Below are positions 36,629-46,830 of a stretch of DNA of 64,000 nucleotides, one piece after another. The DNA is taken from NCBI GenBank assembly GCA_963835925.1, contig CAWIHH010000004.1, positions 377,289-441,288 on the forward strand. The letters run 5' to 3'. Position numbers and translations under genes: made by a program. Source of the DNA: Candidatus Bathyarchaeota archaeon. Lineage in GTDB: Archaea; Thermoproteota; Bathyarchaeia; 40CM-2-53-6. Numbering within the stretch: the first letter of the stretch is position 1; each line of letters begins with the position of its first letter. The notes beneath the pieces were generated by a model, which made no database searches, had not been told where the DNA came from, and saw only the letters and a program-made list of their open reading frames with translations.

Positions 36629-37795
36629 TCAGAGGATAACGAACGAGAGAGCGAGGATTACCAGAGATGTGGCGAAGAGCGCCTTTCGTGAGTTTGACAG
36701 CGGTGAAACGTCGTCCAACGGTATGACGCCGTGGAGTGGACTTCGGCTGGCGAACATGAATGCGATGAGGAGGATTGCGAATGGCCAGAAGCCTGCTGCA
36801 ATAAGAGTTGCGAAGCCAAGAAATGCTCCAAGCTTGTGACCTTGGTCGCCTAAAGTCGCCCGGGAGATGTGACCGCCATCGAGCTGCCAGATAGGGAGTA
36901 AGTTCAGGAAGGTGATTAGTGCACCGACCTGGACGGCAAAGAATACGCTCGGTAGGACCATATCATAGCCTGTAGGCGGGTTTCGTAATCCTGCCTGCTG
37001 AATTAACTCTACGAGTAGGGGCACGTTAGGCCAAGCAGTTGACACGAGAAGTTTTTCGGTCATTAAGGTCTCAAGCTGCTGAGCGCCTATTATGGGGGCG
37101 GTCATTATCATGAAAATTCCCACAGTGAGAGTTGCTAGGAATCCGGCAACGGGGCCGCTAAATCCAAGGTCGAATAGTTGGTCGCGATTTGCAGGTGCAC
37201 CCCGGAGGGAGATCATCGCGCCGAATGTTCCGATTGGTGGGGGAGCTGGCACGAAGTATGGCAAGGTCGCGTCCATTTTATGATGACGAACGGCCATAAG
37301 ATGCCCGGTCTCGTGGAGCCCCACTATTCCCAGTATTGAGATGGAGAACACTAACATTTGTTGACCCGACCCGGAGCCGGCAAATAGGATAGTACTCACT
37401 CTTGGGTCGATCGTGGAGATGTAAAAGTAGCTTGCCAGGCTAACAGTGGCCACAGTAGCCAGGAAGAGAATCAGGTTGATTATTTTGCGAGGTTGAGTGA
37501 GCTTTGGTTTTGGGAATACTGAGATCACGAGTTTGCCAGCGACCTTCTGGATCCTGGCCATTAGGTTGTGATTTGCGAGGTCACGCAAGAGCTCTTGGAA
37601 CTTATCTTTGATCGGCTCCTGCGCAGCCGCGAAGGTGGCCATGCCATAGGTATCTACGTAGGCATCTAGCAGGTTGAAGCGATATTCGACCATGCTCTTG
37701 ATCGATCCAAAATCCAGAGGATAAACTGGCAGAGTTAAGGTTGCAGATTGTGACGGTTTAGATGACACCGGAAGGCCTTCCGAGGTTCTCCGCAT
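36629..37795 (-). CDS. M50 (site-2 protease) family membrane metalloprotease
   Basis: 388 aa. Has HETGHLMAV (HExxH) and NLLPIWQLDGGH, in a polytopic protein. Confidence 0.8.
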   Translation of the reverse strand: MRRTSEGLPVSSKPSQSATLTLPVYPLDFGSIKSMVEYRFNLLDAYVDTYGMATFAAAQEPIKDKFQELLRDLANHNLMARIQKVAGKLVISVFPKPKLTQPRKIINLILFLATVATVSLASYFYISTIDPRVSTILFAGSGSGQQMLVFSISILGIVGLHETGHLMAVRHHKMDATLPYFVPAPPPIGTFGAMISLRGAPANRDQLFDLGFSGPVAGFLATLTVGIFMIMTAPIIGAQQLETLMTEKLLVSTAWPNVPLLVELIQQAGLRNPPTGYDMVLPSVFFAVQVGALITFLNLLPIWQLDGGHISRATLGDQGHKLGAFLGFATLIAAGFWPFAILLIAFMFASRSPLHGVIPLDDVSPLSNSRKALFATSLVILALSFVIL

Positions 37796-37832
37796 ACCAA
37801 GAAAACGTCATTTAAACGTATTCTAATACGGT

Positions 37833-38381
37833 TTGGGACGGTTGGTAGATAGAATCATATATCAGAAATCTAATTGCGAAAATTCCGATCCATCTTTGTT
37901 AGTCCAGAAGAACTATGCATTGCGCCAGTTCACTCCCGCAGATCTCGAGGCAGTGATGAACATTAATCGAGTCTGTCTTCCGGAGAATTATGCCCCATAC
38001 TTCTTTATGGACACGTTCACCACGTTACCGGAAACATTCGTCGTTGCGGAATCCCAGGGGCGCGTTGCGGGGTACATTATGTGCAGAATCGAGCATGGTT
38101 TTTCCGACCTGAAGAAACTCCGGTTTGCCAAGAAGGGGCATATTATCTCTGTCGCCGTCATGCCCGACTATCGAAAGCAAGGTATCGCCTACTCGCTTGT
38201 TGAACAAGCGCTCTCGGCCCTCACTGCTTTGCGTACGGATGAATGTTACCTCGAGGTAAGAGTGTCTAATGATGCAGCCATCAAGCTTTACAGCAAGATG
38301 GGTTTTGACACTACCAGAACAATCCCTCGTTACTATTTTGATGGCTCCGACGCCTTCGTAATGACGAAAACGCTTACTTGA
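37833..38381 (+). CDS. GNAT N-acetyltransferase, RimI/Ard1-like
   Basis: Has GHIISVAVMPDYRKQGIAYSLVEQAL (Q/RxxGxG/A) and a YSKMGF tail. The start is uncertain because there is no ATG before the conserved core; an internal TTG near 37890 is possible. Confidence 0.75.
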   Translation: MGRLVDRIIYQKSNCENSDPSLLVQKNYALRQFTPADLEAVMNINRVCLPENYAPYFFMDTFTTLPETFVVAESQGRVAGYIMCRIEHGFSDLKKLRFAKKGHIISVAVMPDYRKQGIAYSLVEQALSALTALRTDECYLEVRVSNDAAIKLYSKMGFDTTRTIPRYYFDGSDAFVMTKTLT

Positions 38382-38471
38382 CCTTTCAAGTTGCCATTAC
38401 AAGCGCAACTAATTCTCACCTAGGGCATTGAAAGGACAAGGATTATCTCCCCAGAACTCCATAGTACCCAT

Positions 38472-38867
38472 GTGTTCTCGTTGACCAAAAGATGCGGAAA
38501 TTGTGGCGCCGAGAATAGGGAGGAAGCAAACTACTGCTTGAAATGCGGCCGATCGGTGTTGATCCCACCAATAGCAGTGATGGCTGTTGCTCCACCACTA
38601 GCTTCTCCTTTTGTGATGGTGCGACCTCCGCCTCGCCGAGTGTGCCTCTTTCACACGACTCTGCCTTCCAACTATAACTGTGCGGGTTGCGGAGCGCCAA
38701 TTTGCTTCTCTTGTGCTGGGTCTTACTATGGTGCTATGTTCTGTCCGATATGTTATTCGAGTCGCTCCAGAACCTGGGGGCCCAAAACATCTCTCATATA
38801 TTTGGACTCGTTCGCCCCAAGATTTGTTTACGGTGTGGGCTCAGCGCGCTGGTTTACGAATTTGTAG
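38472..38867 (+). CDS. double zinc-ribbon protein, unknown function
   Basis: 131 aa, GTG start. Has CGNCGAENREEANYCLKCG, and later CAGCGAPICFSCAG...CPIC. Confidence 0.45.
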   Translation: MFSLTKRCGNCGAENREEANYCLKCGRSVLIPPIAVMAVAPPLASPFVMVRPPPRRVCLFHTTLPSNYNCAGCGAPICFSCAGSYYGAMFCPICYSSRSRTWGPKTSLIYLDSFAPRFVYGVGSARWFTNL

Positions 38868-38889
38868 GATTTGCGAAGCTTCTTTGTTG

Positions 38890-39090
38890 CTAGCCTTTCA
38901 TGGTGACGTAGGCCGCGATGATTCCGGAAAGGGCGGTCGGGAAATAGATGAGAGTAACTTCGAACTCGAGAACCAAGAACTGTCTTCCCGTTAAGCGCAA
39001 CGCAATCATTGCTAATGATATTAGAAGTAGTATAAGGAAAGCACAGATCCAGGCAGTCTTCTCATCAGAGTTGGTTGCAGAATCAGCCAT
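38890..39090 (-). CDS. small two-helix membrane protein
   Basis: 66-aa hydrophobic ORF downstream of rpoK on the same strand. Confidence 0.3.
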   Translation of the reverse strand: MADSATNSDEKTAWICAFLILLLISLAMIALRLTGRQFLVLEFEVTLIYFPTALSGIIAAYVTMKG

Positions 39091-39098
39091 TCTTCTAT

Positions 39099-39407
39099 CT
39101 ACTGTTCCGCTTCTTCCCGTTCTCCCTCGAGCAAAGTCTTCAAAGGAATGTTCATGCTCGTGCCATCAGGAAGGGCCCGCCGAATACTGATTGGAAGAAC
39201 ACCCTCTCGCAACTCCAACTCTCCCAGTTCTATGGGAGATTTAATCAAATCCGGCACGTCCAGAAGAACTGGAGCTCCCATGGAAATCTGCAGCGCCCTC
39301 GCACCGACAATCCGAGCCCGTTCGAAACGTGTAAGCTTCTTCGGCCCAATCAGCGCTACCGAAACCCTTCTAGTACTCGCCTTCTCCTTCTTCTTTGGCA
39401 CTTTCAT
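39099..39407 (-). CDS. rpoK: DNA-directed RNA polymerase subunit K (Rpo6)
   Basis: Has [27 protein letters not shown] and [15 protein letters not shown], the RpoK/Rpb6 hallmarks. I chose ATG 39407 (MKVPKKK..); the track ORF extends to 39458 inside the thermosome gene. Confidence 0.8.
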   Translation of the reverse strand: MKVPKKKEKASTRRVSVALIGPKKLTRFERARIVGARALQISMGAPVLLDVPDLIKSPIELGELELREGVLPISIRRALPDGTSMNIPLKTLLEGEREEAEQ

Positions 39408-41024
39408 CTGGCCCCTTGGGCGCTCCTCCGCCCCCTTCCTTCGACTTTGAAGCCGCAATCACGTCATCGATCTTCAAGATCATGCAGGCGGCTTCACCAG
39501 CGGATTTCAGAGCCTGCACTTTGACGGCAAGGGGCTCGTAAACTTCGAGTTTCGACAAATCAGTAACTCTACCCCTCATCGGATCGATACCGGCCCAAAT
39601 CTGCTTGGCCTGGTGCTTAGATCGGACTTCCATTAACGCGTTAATGGGATCCATTCCCGCATTCTCAGCCAAAGTCAAAGGAATAGCTTCGAGAGCATCA
39701 GCATACGCTTGAATCGCCAACTGCTCCTTGCCCGATAGTTTCTGTGATCGTACTCTTAGCAATTTGGATAACTCGGCTTCAACAGCTCCTCCGCCCGCCA
39801 CCACATAGGGCTCAATAACGACATCCCTAACAACACTCAACGCGTCATGAATTGCTCGCTCCGCTTCGTCTACAACACACTCAGTTCCACCGCGCACAAG
39901 AACACTGACGGCTTTCGGGTCCTTGCAGCCTTCAACGAACGTCATCTTATCATCCGAAACTTTGCGTTCATCCACCAATTTCGCGTGACCCAGATCGGCG
40001 GATTTTATCTCCTCCAAATTTGAGAGAATCCTAGCACCCGTGGCCTTTGCAAGCTTCTCCATATCTGACTGTTTAACTCTTCGAACCGCCAGAATGCCCT
40101 TGTTGGCCATGAAGTGCTGTGCCACGTCGTCGATTCCTTTCTCACAGATTACGACGTTCGCGCCACTGGAAGCAATCTTGTCAACCATGTTTCTCATGAT
40201 CTTCTCTTCTCCATCCAAGAATCCTTTCATCTGCCCAGGGTTTTGGATGTTCAGCTTTGCATCGAACTCAGTTTTCTCAACCTCCAGCGCACAGTTGAGA
40301 AGCGCGATCTTTGCGGTCTCAACACGCTTTGGCATACCCGGATGAACGACTTCCTTGTCGAGTAGAACCCCCTTGATTAGCACAGTATCGGTGAGTGAGC
40401 CTCCTGGCTTCTTCTCGACTTTTACGTCGTCAATGTCCGCTTTGTAGCCGGTCCCCGATTTTTCAGCGACTTGTAGAACGGCGTCGACAGCAAGATCGGC
40501 AACGTATTCTTTGTGCTCCGCAAGGAGCTTGCTTGCGAGCGCTACTTTGGCGACTTTTCTGAGCATGACTCTGTCGGTTGGATTGACCTTGATAGCCATT
40601 TTCTGAAGGAGTTCCAAAGCCTTTTCGCCTGCAGACTGGTAACCATCGACCACTACCGTGGGATGAACATCCTTGTCGATCAACGCTTCAGCCTTGCTGA
40701 GCAGTTCACCTGCCAATATGACTGCGCTCGTCGTTCCATCGCCAACCTCATCATCCTGAGTCTTTGCAACTTCAACCATCATCTTGGCGGCAGGGTTTTG
40801 GACATCCATTTCGTCGAGGATGGTTGCACCATCATTGCTGATCGTGACGTCTCCAAACCCGTCCACCAGCATTTTATCCATACCTTTAGGACCTAACGAA
40901 GAACGGACGGATTCTGCGATGACCAGTGCAGCTGTAATGTTGGAATGTTGAGCTTCGCACCCTGAGACCGTGAAGTTCCTTCTTTGAGAATTATTGCCGA
41001 CTGACCCGCAAAATTACTTGACAA
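39370..41024 (-). CDS. ths: thermosome subunit (group II chaperonin); frame broken once near the 5' end (track ORF 39370-40881)
   Basis: The ORF starts at the conserved [11 protein letters not shown]. Upstream, the same frame reads ..[25 protein letters not shown], and a frame offset by one reads (TTG)[22 protein letters not shown]. Restoring one nt near 40955-40962 gives the canonical [15 protein letters not shown]..NI N-terminus. A GGAGG lies 9 nt before TTG 41024. Confidence 0.9.
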
Positions 41025-41073
41025 TTCTGAAAGCCTCCGCTAAACGCAGTCAACCCACAACAAAAAGCAATTT

Positions 41074-41081
41074 CATAAATA
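41074..41081 (-). promoter_or_regulatory. BRE/TATA-like element of the thermosome gene
   Basis: Minus-strand cgcaaag-tatttatg lies about 50-57 nt upstream of TTG 41024. The IS end lies only about 15 nt further upstream. Confidence 0.4.
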
Positions 41082-41099
41082 CTTTGCGTTTTGGACAAC

Positions 41100-41115
41100 A
41101 ATGCTGTGTCGAATA
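41100..41115. repeat. IS terminal inverted repeat (left)
   Basis: aatgctgtgtcgaata, the exact reverse complement of 42144-42159. Confidence 0.85.
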
Positions 41116-41161
41116 GCTGTGATGTTCGGTGAGCTTCCGATATTGTTTCGCTCAGGTTTTG

Positions 41162-42055
41162 TCAGAGGTTGGTTGTTAACGCGATGAACGTGTTGTACGG
41201 GTTGGCTTTAACAATCAGTTTCCCAGTCATGTTTTCCGGTTTCTTGGCGGAAACGTATTCTCCAAAGGTTCGTTTGTAGGATGAGAAGACGGTTTCAGCC
41301 ATCCATGGCTGGCCGTAGTCATGTTTGCGTTTCCACGCTTGAGGATCGCTGAGGTACTCTACCACAACCCTCTTTCTAGGCATACATCCCCCAGCTTTCC
41401 TTGAACTGTTCCGCCTCACCCGTATCACAGGTCCAATCCCTTTCCCGGCCAGATAGCGAAAGTTGCTCTTCGTGTCGTATGCACCGTCTCCCAGCATCTC
41501 AACGATCTTAGCCTTCTTGGAAGCCTCTTCAACCAGTGGCTGGAGCATCCGCCCATCTCCCACCTTCTCACTGGTCACCTCCAACGCCAGAATCTTCTTC
41601 CTCTTCACATCCACAGCGATATGGATCTTCAAATAGCCACGTCTCACCTTCCATTTGTGCCGCATCCAGTCACCCCGATTCGCCACCTTGATGCCTGACA
41701 CATCCAAGGCTATGATTACATCCTCATTCGAATCCGCAAGCATCTTCTCAAGCCTGACCGGAAGCTTCTCAGCCCTCCACTGAATGCTCGAACGGTCTGG
41801 CGCCTTCAACCCCTTCACGTATCTGGCTAAGGCTTTCGTGAACCCTTCCAGTTGACGGTAAGGAAGATGCAGGTAGACACGCATGAAGAGGAGAAGGCGA
41901 ACGAAGCTGTCCGGGTAACGGAACACGGCGCCTTCCTTCCCCTTATTCACAGCTTCAAGCTCATCCTCCCAGCCCTTCACGAAATCCAGGTCGAACAGAA
42001 GCTCCCCACGCCTCACCAAATCCTCATTGATACGCTTCCAGTCACGCTTAGACAT
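41162..42055 (-). CDS. DDE transposase, IS4/IS5 (DDE_Tnp_1) type
   Basis: About 297 aa from ATG 42055 (MSKRDWKRINEDL; the track ORF starts further upstream, close to the right IR). Candidate DDE residues lie in IIALDVSG, MLGDGAYDT and WMAETVFSSYKRTFG. Confidence 0.75.
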   Translation of the reverse strand: MSKRDWKRINEDLVRRGELLFDLDFVKGWEDELEAVNKGKEGAVFRYPDSFVRLLLFMRVYLHLPYRQLEGFTKALARYVKGLKAPDRSSIQWRAEKLPVRLEKMLADSNEDVIIALDVSGIKVANRGDWMRHKWKVRRGYLKIHIAVDVKRKKILALEVTSEKVGDGRMLQPLVEEASKKAKIVEMLGDGAYDTKSNFRYLAGKGIGPVIRVRRNSSRKAGGCMPRKRVVVEYLSDPQAWKRKHDYGQPWMAETVFSSYKRTFGEYVSAKKPENMTGKLIVKANPYNTFIALTTNL

Positions 42056-42143
42056 AACCTGGCTGAAGGCTAAGAACCACGTAAGAAGATAATCTAAAAG
42101 AATACCACAAAAACGCTCAGAATCCAAACACAAAATATGCAGT

Positions 42144-42159
42144 TATTCGACACAGCATT
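42144..42159. repeat. IS terminal inverted repeat (right)
   Basis: tattcgacacagcatt, the exact reverse complement of 41100-41115. Confidence 0.85.
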
Positions 42160-42543
42160 TTTGGATCATTGGAATCATAGTACACTTGGTGGAAGTTCAT
42201 CCTAGGGGCTGCTCCACGATGCAGCCAACTCCTCTCGTGCGGTCCTCCAATAGAATCATCTCGGGCAACCAAGAATCTGGCTTGGCTCATGGATGGTCGA
42301 CTATGCCGCTCTGTTTTGATCAGAGATTCTTCCCAATCTGGGAAAAACGCCAGTTTCCGGATCGGTGACTTGGACTTGATCAGAAACGACTGCTAGGCCT
42401 TACTCTGGAGTGTCTTTCTGCAAATTCGAAAAACGGTGCCAACGCACTTGATTTGGGTTTAGTATGCAATTCGCAACCTTCTCGCCAGAAATACTTTTAG
42501 AGCGACGTTCGCCTAGACACGGGTTAATTACGAGACGGTAATT

Positions 42544-43660
42544 GTGCGCGACATAATTCGAATAAATCAGCCAATTATTGGGAAAGAGGAAATTGACGCG
42601 GCCACCGAGGTTCTGAAGAGCGGCATTCTGACCGAAAAGAGTGGCATGGGCCCTCGAGTCTTGGATTTCGAGAAGGAATTTGCCCGTTATGTCGGGGCTA
42701 GACAGGCGGTTGCCGTAACGAGTGGTACTGCGGCACTCCACGCTTCCTTGCTCGTCGCGGGTGTTAAGCAAGGGGACGAAGTGGTCGTGCCCTCATTTAC
42801 CTTTCACTCAACCGCTGAAGCCGTTCTTCTCTGTGGTGCACAGCCAGTGTTCGCTGACATCGAGCCGGATAGTTACACAGTTAGTGCAGATACAATTGAA
42901 AGCGTCCTCACCCGGAACACTAAGGTGATCATGCCTGTTCACCTGTACGGCCTTCCGGCTGACCTTGATCCGCTCAGAAAGCTCGCGAGGGAGAGAGGGA
43001 TAACGCTGATTGAAGATGCAGCCCAGGCTCATGGTGCAGAGTACAAGGGGCCAAAGATAGGTTCGATCGGCGACATGACGTGCTTCAGTTTCTATGCTGG
43101 AAAGAATATGACGACTGGGGAAGGAGGCATGGTCACTACGAACGATGATGATTATGCCGAGAAACTTCGAATGGTAAGAACACACGGGGAACAACGACCC
43201 TACTGGCCTATTTCAATTGGCAACAACTATAGAATGAATGAAATCCTCGCCGCCATTGGACTCGCTCAATTGAAGAAGCTGCCCCTCTTTCTTGAACGGC
43301 GAAGAAAAAACAGCAGTTCCTAAGTGAAAAGCTGGGAGTTTTGGGGAAAGTAATTTCACCAAAAGAACCTGACGGAAGGAAACACGCCTGGTACGTTTAC
43401 ACTCTCAGATTACCGGCGCAAACGCGGGGAAACGTAATAAAGCGATAGAGAAACTTAGGTCTAAGAACATCGAGGCAGCGGTTTACTACGAGTCTCCGTT
43501 GCACATGTTACCTTTGTACCGTGAATCCTCGACAACCCGTCGACCGTTACCGGAGACTGAGAAGGCGTGCCGACAAGTGTTCTCTATTCCAGTGCATCCC
43601 AAGCTTGACGAGTCGGACCTGGGATACATTTTCGAAACGCTCAAACGTGTGCTAACGTGA
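42544..43660 (+). CDS. DegT/DnrJ/EryC1/StrS-family PLP aminotransferase; two frame breaks (track ORF 42544-43323)
   Basis: GTG start. Has AVTSGTAALH, DAAQAHG and FSFYAGKNMTTGEGG (the PLP Lys). After the A6 run at 43315-43320 the frame shifts to ..QQFLSEKLGVLGKVISPKEPDGRKHAWYVYTLRLP. It shifts again (43412-43445) to ..NKAIEKLRSKNIEAAVYYESPLHMLPLYRE...FSIPVHPKLDESDLGYIFETLKRVLT*. Confidence 0.8.
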
Positions 43661-43678
43661 AGGTCTGGGTAGGTCAAT

Positions 43679-45004
43679 CTACATGGCGCGAAGTATTTCT
43701 TCGAGTGTTGGTTTGGTGACCTCACGCATCTCGTAGCGAACTCTGACAGCTGGCTTCGGGACTTTCATTATCCTCCGCAAGTCTATCGGAGTTCCAAGTA
43801 CGAACGTGTCGCAATCAATGGCAGCGATCGTTTGTTCTAGTTCCTTGATTTGTTTCTCTCCGTAACCCATTGCTGGAAGCACCTTTCCGAGGTGTGGGTA
43901 TCTTTCGTAGATACGTTTGATTGATCCAACTGCATATTTCCTGGGATCTATCAGTTGTTTCGCTCTAAACTTTCTAGCAGCTATGGCGCCGACGCCCTCC
44001 TTCATACCGCCGTGAGTGACTGTAGGTCCGTCCTCCACTGCGACGACTTTCTTGCCTCGAATTAGTGTCTTGTCGTCTACATAGATATCCGACGCTGTCT
44101 CAACGATTTTTGCTTCTGGCCTTATTCGTTTGACGTTGTTGCGGACGGTTTTGACATTTTTGGCTGGGGCAGTGTCCACTTTGTTAATCACGACCACATC
44201 TGCCATTCTCAAATTTGTTTCTCCCGGATAGTAGCTGAGCTCATCTCCTGGTCGGAGAGGATCCACGACAACTATCTGTAGGTCTGGTTTGTAAAATGGT
44301 AGATCATTGTTTCCGCCGTCCCATAGGATCACATCAGCCTCTTTCTCCGCTTCGCTCAAGATCTTGCCATAGTCCACGCCTGCGTAGACTACGTTTCCCA
44401 TGTCGATATGAGGTTCATATTCTTCACGTTCCTCAATCGTGCACTTGAAGTGATTCATGTCGTCGTACGTTGCGAATCGTTCACACACCTCTTCGGCCAA
44501 ATTGCCGTAGGGCATTGGGTGTCGAACAACAACAACTCGACCAAGGAGTTTCTTGAGAGACTTTGAAACACTCCGGGAGACTGTGCTCTTACCCGCTCCG
44601 GTTCTCACGGCGCAGACAGAGACTACGGGTAGTTTCGACTTGAGCATCGTTGTTTTCGGCCCCATGAGTCGAAAGTCAGCTCCGCACGCTAATACTATCG
44701 AAGCTTTGTGCATGACATCCGCGTCTGAGAGATCGCTGTAGGCCAATACAACGAGATCTACGTCCCTCTCTTTGATGGCCCTGGGCAAATCTTCCTCTCG
44801 CAGGATTGGAATGCCCTTTGGATACCGAGGTCCCGAAAGAGTCGGGGGATAGGTTCTCCCTTCGATACCAGGGATTTGCGTGGCTGTAAAGGCAACAATT
44901 TCATAATCGGATCGATTTTTGAAATAGACGTTGAAATTGTGGAAGTCTCTGCCTGCAGCGCCCATAATCACCGTGCGAACAGGGTCGTTCAATGGTTCAT
45001 TCAA
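43679..45004 (-). CDS. COG2403-type P-loop NTPase (predicted GTPase)
   Basis: 441 aa. Has RTVIMGAAGRDFHNFNVYF..YEIVAFTATQIPGIEGRTYP and the Walker A VCAVRTGAGKST, a family I recall as a conserved archaeal predicted GTPase. Confidence 0.55.
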   Translation of the reverse strand: MNEPLNDPVRTVIMGAAGRDFHNFNVYFKNRSDYEIVAFTATQIPGIEGRTYPPTLSGPRYPKGIPILREEDLPRAIKERDVDLVVLAYSDLSDADVMHKASIVLACGADFRLMGPKTTMLKSKLPVVSVCAVRTGAGKSTVSRSVSKSLKKLLGRVVVVRHPMPYGNLAEEVCERFATYDDMNHFKCTIEEREEYEPHIDMGNVVYAGVDYGKILSEAEKEADVILWDGGNNDLPFYKPDLQIVVVDPLRPGDELSYYPGETNLRMADVVVINKVDTAPAKNVKTVRNNVKRIRPEAKIVETASDIYVDDKTLIRGKKVVAVEDGPTVTHGGMKEGVGAIAARKFRAKQLIDPRKYAVGSIKRIYERYPHLGKVLPAMGYGEKQIKELEQTIAAIDCDTFVLGTPIDLRRIMKVPKPAVRVRYEMREVTKPTLEEILRAM

Positions 45005-45233
45005 CTCTATGTCCGCAACAGCAAGAAGAGTGGTAGTTATCTGTTTCCCACAAAACTCTCAAGACCAGCAATTTCATATGAAATCGATAGCAACACATCG
45101 TTTAAACATAACTTCACACTCGGCAGAACCTAAGAGTCCGCGGGGAAATTGATTGAGCACAGAGTCTTCAACACCTCCCACGCAACCCAGCGACAAAGCC
45201 CTCTGAGACCGATGTTACGGGTACAAGATCCGT

Positions 45234-45575
45234 TTGATTGCTGAAGGCCATGGAGAGGCTGAAGGGGAGCTCGTACGATTTCAGAGTCCAATGACCGTTG
45301 ATAGCTTAGCGAAAGCGTTGCCCTTCGAAGGGCGGGCTGCCAAGTGGAGGGAGGAGATCTATTTTGAAACACCTGTCAGGTTGGGTGCTGAGAAACCGAA
45401 ACCCAAAGTTGAGGTGGGCACAGTTGCTTACTGGCCAATGGGCTCCGCCTTGTGCATTTTCTACGGACCGACGGACCCCTACAGCCCAGTAAACGTTGTG
45501 GGAAAAATCCTGTCGAACCTAGAGATGTTCCGGACAGTGAAAAGCGGAACAAAAGTGCGCGTTGAAAAGATCTAG
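45234..45575 (+). CDS. cyclophilin-like fold protein (PF04126-like)
   Basis: 113 aa, TTG start. GTVAYWPMGSALCIFYGPT and the overall size resemble the small cyclophilin-like family. Confidence 0.45.
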   Translation: MIAEGHGEAEGELVRFQSPMTVDSLAKALPFEGRAAKWREEIYFETPVRLGAEKPKPKVEVGTVAYWPMGSALCIFYGPTDPYSPVNVVGKILSNLEMFRTVKSGTKVRVEKI

Positions 45576-45896
45576 GCTCCGGCCAGCTTGAAGAGCTTGA
45601 TCCTAGTATTCCCGCCCACAGAGGTTACTAGCCTTCTTCGCTCGAGTTCTTCAAGTATGTCTCTGGCGACGCTCAAGCGAACGTTGTATTGAGACGCAAT
45701 TGAATAAGGAGTTAGGGCGCCCATCTTTGATAATTCACCAACGATCTTCTCATTGTCGAAGTTTGGCATGGCTATACCTGCCGTCTTCTTCTCCGCAGGT
45801 CTTGCCCTTAGTCTTCTTGGCAGGTTCGGGTTTCTTATCCTGTTGGTCCTGCTGCTTTTCCATTTGCGCCATGCTCTTCTTCTTAGATCCACCCAT
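45572..45896 (-). CDS. rps25e: 30S ribosomal protein S25e; frame broken once in the Lys-rich N-terminal region (track ORF 45572-45892)
   Basis: The C-terminus LTPYSIASQYNVRLSVARDILEELERRRLV is S25e-like. The classic MGGSKKKSMAQMEKQQ.. start (ATG 45896) is in the neighbouring frame and stops near 45750. Confidence 0.7.
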
Positions 45897-46023
45897 GAGA
45901 AATCACTACCGCCCCGCTACAATATTTGCTAGATAAAAATCTTGGTCTTGAACCTGACATAGCGTAATCATTTGCATTCGTTCAAGTAGGTCTAGTTGCA
46001 TCCATTCTGTACGTGACTCGAAG

Positions 46024-46771
46024 TTAGATGGCCAATTCGCGATAACGACTGGCGGCTCCTGACGGATCTGAAGCTGCATAGATGGACCGGCCCACGATAA
46101 GATAGTCTGCCCCAGCAGCAATCGCCTTCCGAGCATCGCCACCCTGAACACCGACCCCAGGGCTGAATATGCCCATGTCTGGACCGACAAGCTTCCGCAC
46201 TCTGGATATTATGTCGGGTTTCGTCGCTCCAACGATGACGCCACTTGCATTCCATTGAACGGCCATTTCAGCAAAGATCTCGAACACGGCTCTCGACTTT
46301 CCATCTGGACGTTCTGTCTTCAACGAATATAGGGGCTCAGCTCCTGGATTGCTCATGTACACGAGCAAGATCACACCCTTTCCTAGGGAATCTGTGAGTT
46401 TAAACACTGAATCCAAGCCTCCTTCCCATCCAGCGACTGGGCTCGCGATGATCCCATCAAAACCAGTGTCAATGTATGAGCGTCATGAACTCATTCGTGT
46501 GACCCACATCGTTCAGTTTTGCGTCCATGATTGCGGGCAATGATTGCTCGTGAATCAGTTTTACAATAGTGTCTACGCCATCCAGTAATCCTAGAGCGAG
46601 CACAAGTTGACGATTGATTTTCACGGCACATATGAATTTGCCAACATCCTTGACCATCTCGCAGCTCCTTCGAATGAGGCTGTTGCGGTCTGGATCCTCC
46701 AGATCGAGCGCGAGAACAATTTTGCTCTTGTTTACTCTGGATGACTCACGAAGTTTATCCTGGAAGGACAC
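46024..46771 (-). CDS. pyrF: orotidine 5'-phosphate decarboxylase; frame broken once (fragments 46469-46771 and 46024-46416)
   Basis: The N-fragment has KIVLALDL..AVKINRQL..IMDAKLNDVGHT. The second frame continues YIDTGFDGIIASPVAGWEGGL..LVYMSNPGA..FSPGVGVQGGD..ADYLIVGRSI. Confidence 0.8.
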
Positions 46772-46830
46772 TTGCTTGCCTCAGTGTACATCCGGCACGT
46801 GGTCTAATAAGAATCTCGAAAGGTGAGAGG

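Larger units (their letters stand above)
41096..42159 (-). mobile_element. IS5-family insertion sequence (~1.06 kb, single DDE transposase)
   Basis: Perfect 16-bp inverted repeats AATGCTGTGTCGAATA (41100-41115 and 42144-42159), extendable to 20 bp with 1 mismatch. The hexamer TTTGGA directly flanks both ends (41090-41095 and 42160-42165). There is a single transposase ORF. Confidence 0.75.

Noticed and set aside
42134-42400. A minus-strand ORF (MSQARFLVARDDSIGGPHERSW...DSNDPK) reads into the right end of the IS. Removing the IS would extend it to ..RKVFMKLLFVVG*, which suggests an IS-disrupted gene.
   Set aside because: The reconstructed ORF is only about 56 aa, has no recognisable motif and would overlap the thermosome promoter. 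It is more likely non-coding.
43679-45004. Considered cyclic 2,3-diphosphoglycerate synthetase for this 441-aa P-loop protein.
   Set aside because: The N-terminal motif (MGAAGRDFHNFNVYF...TATQIPGIEGRTYP) matches my memory of the COG2403 predicted-GTPase family rather than cDPG synthetase. I kept the generic call.
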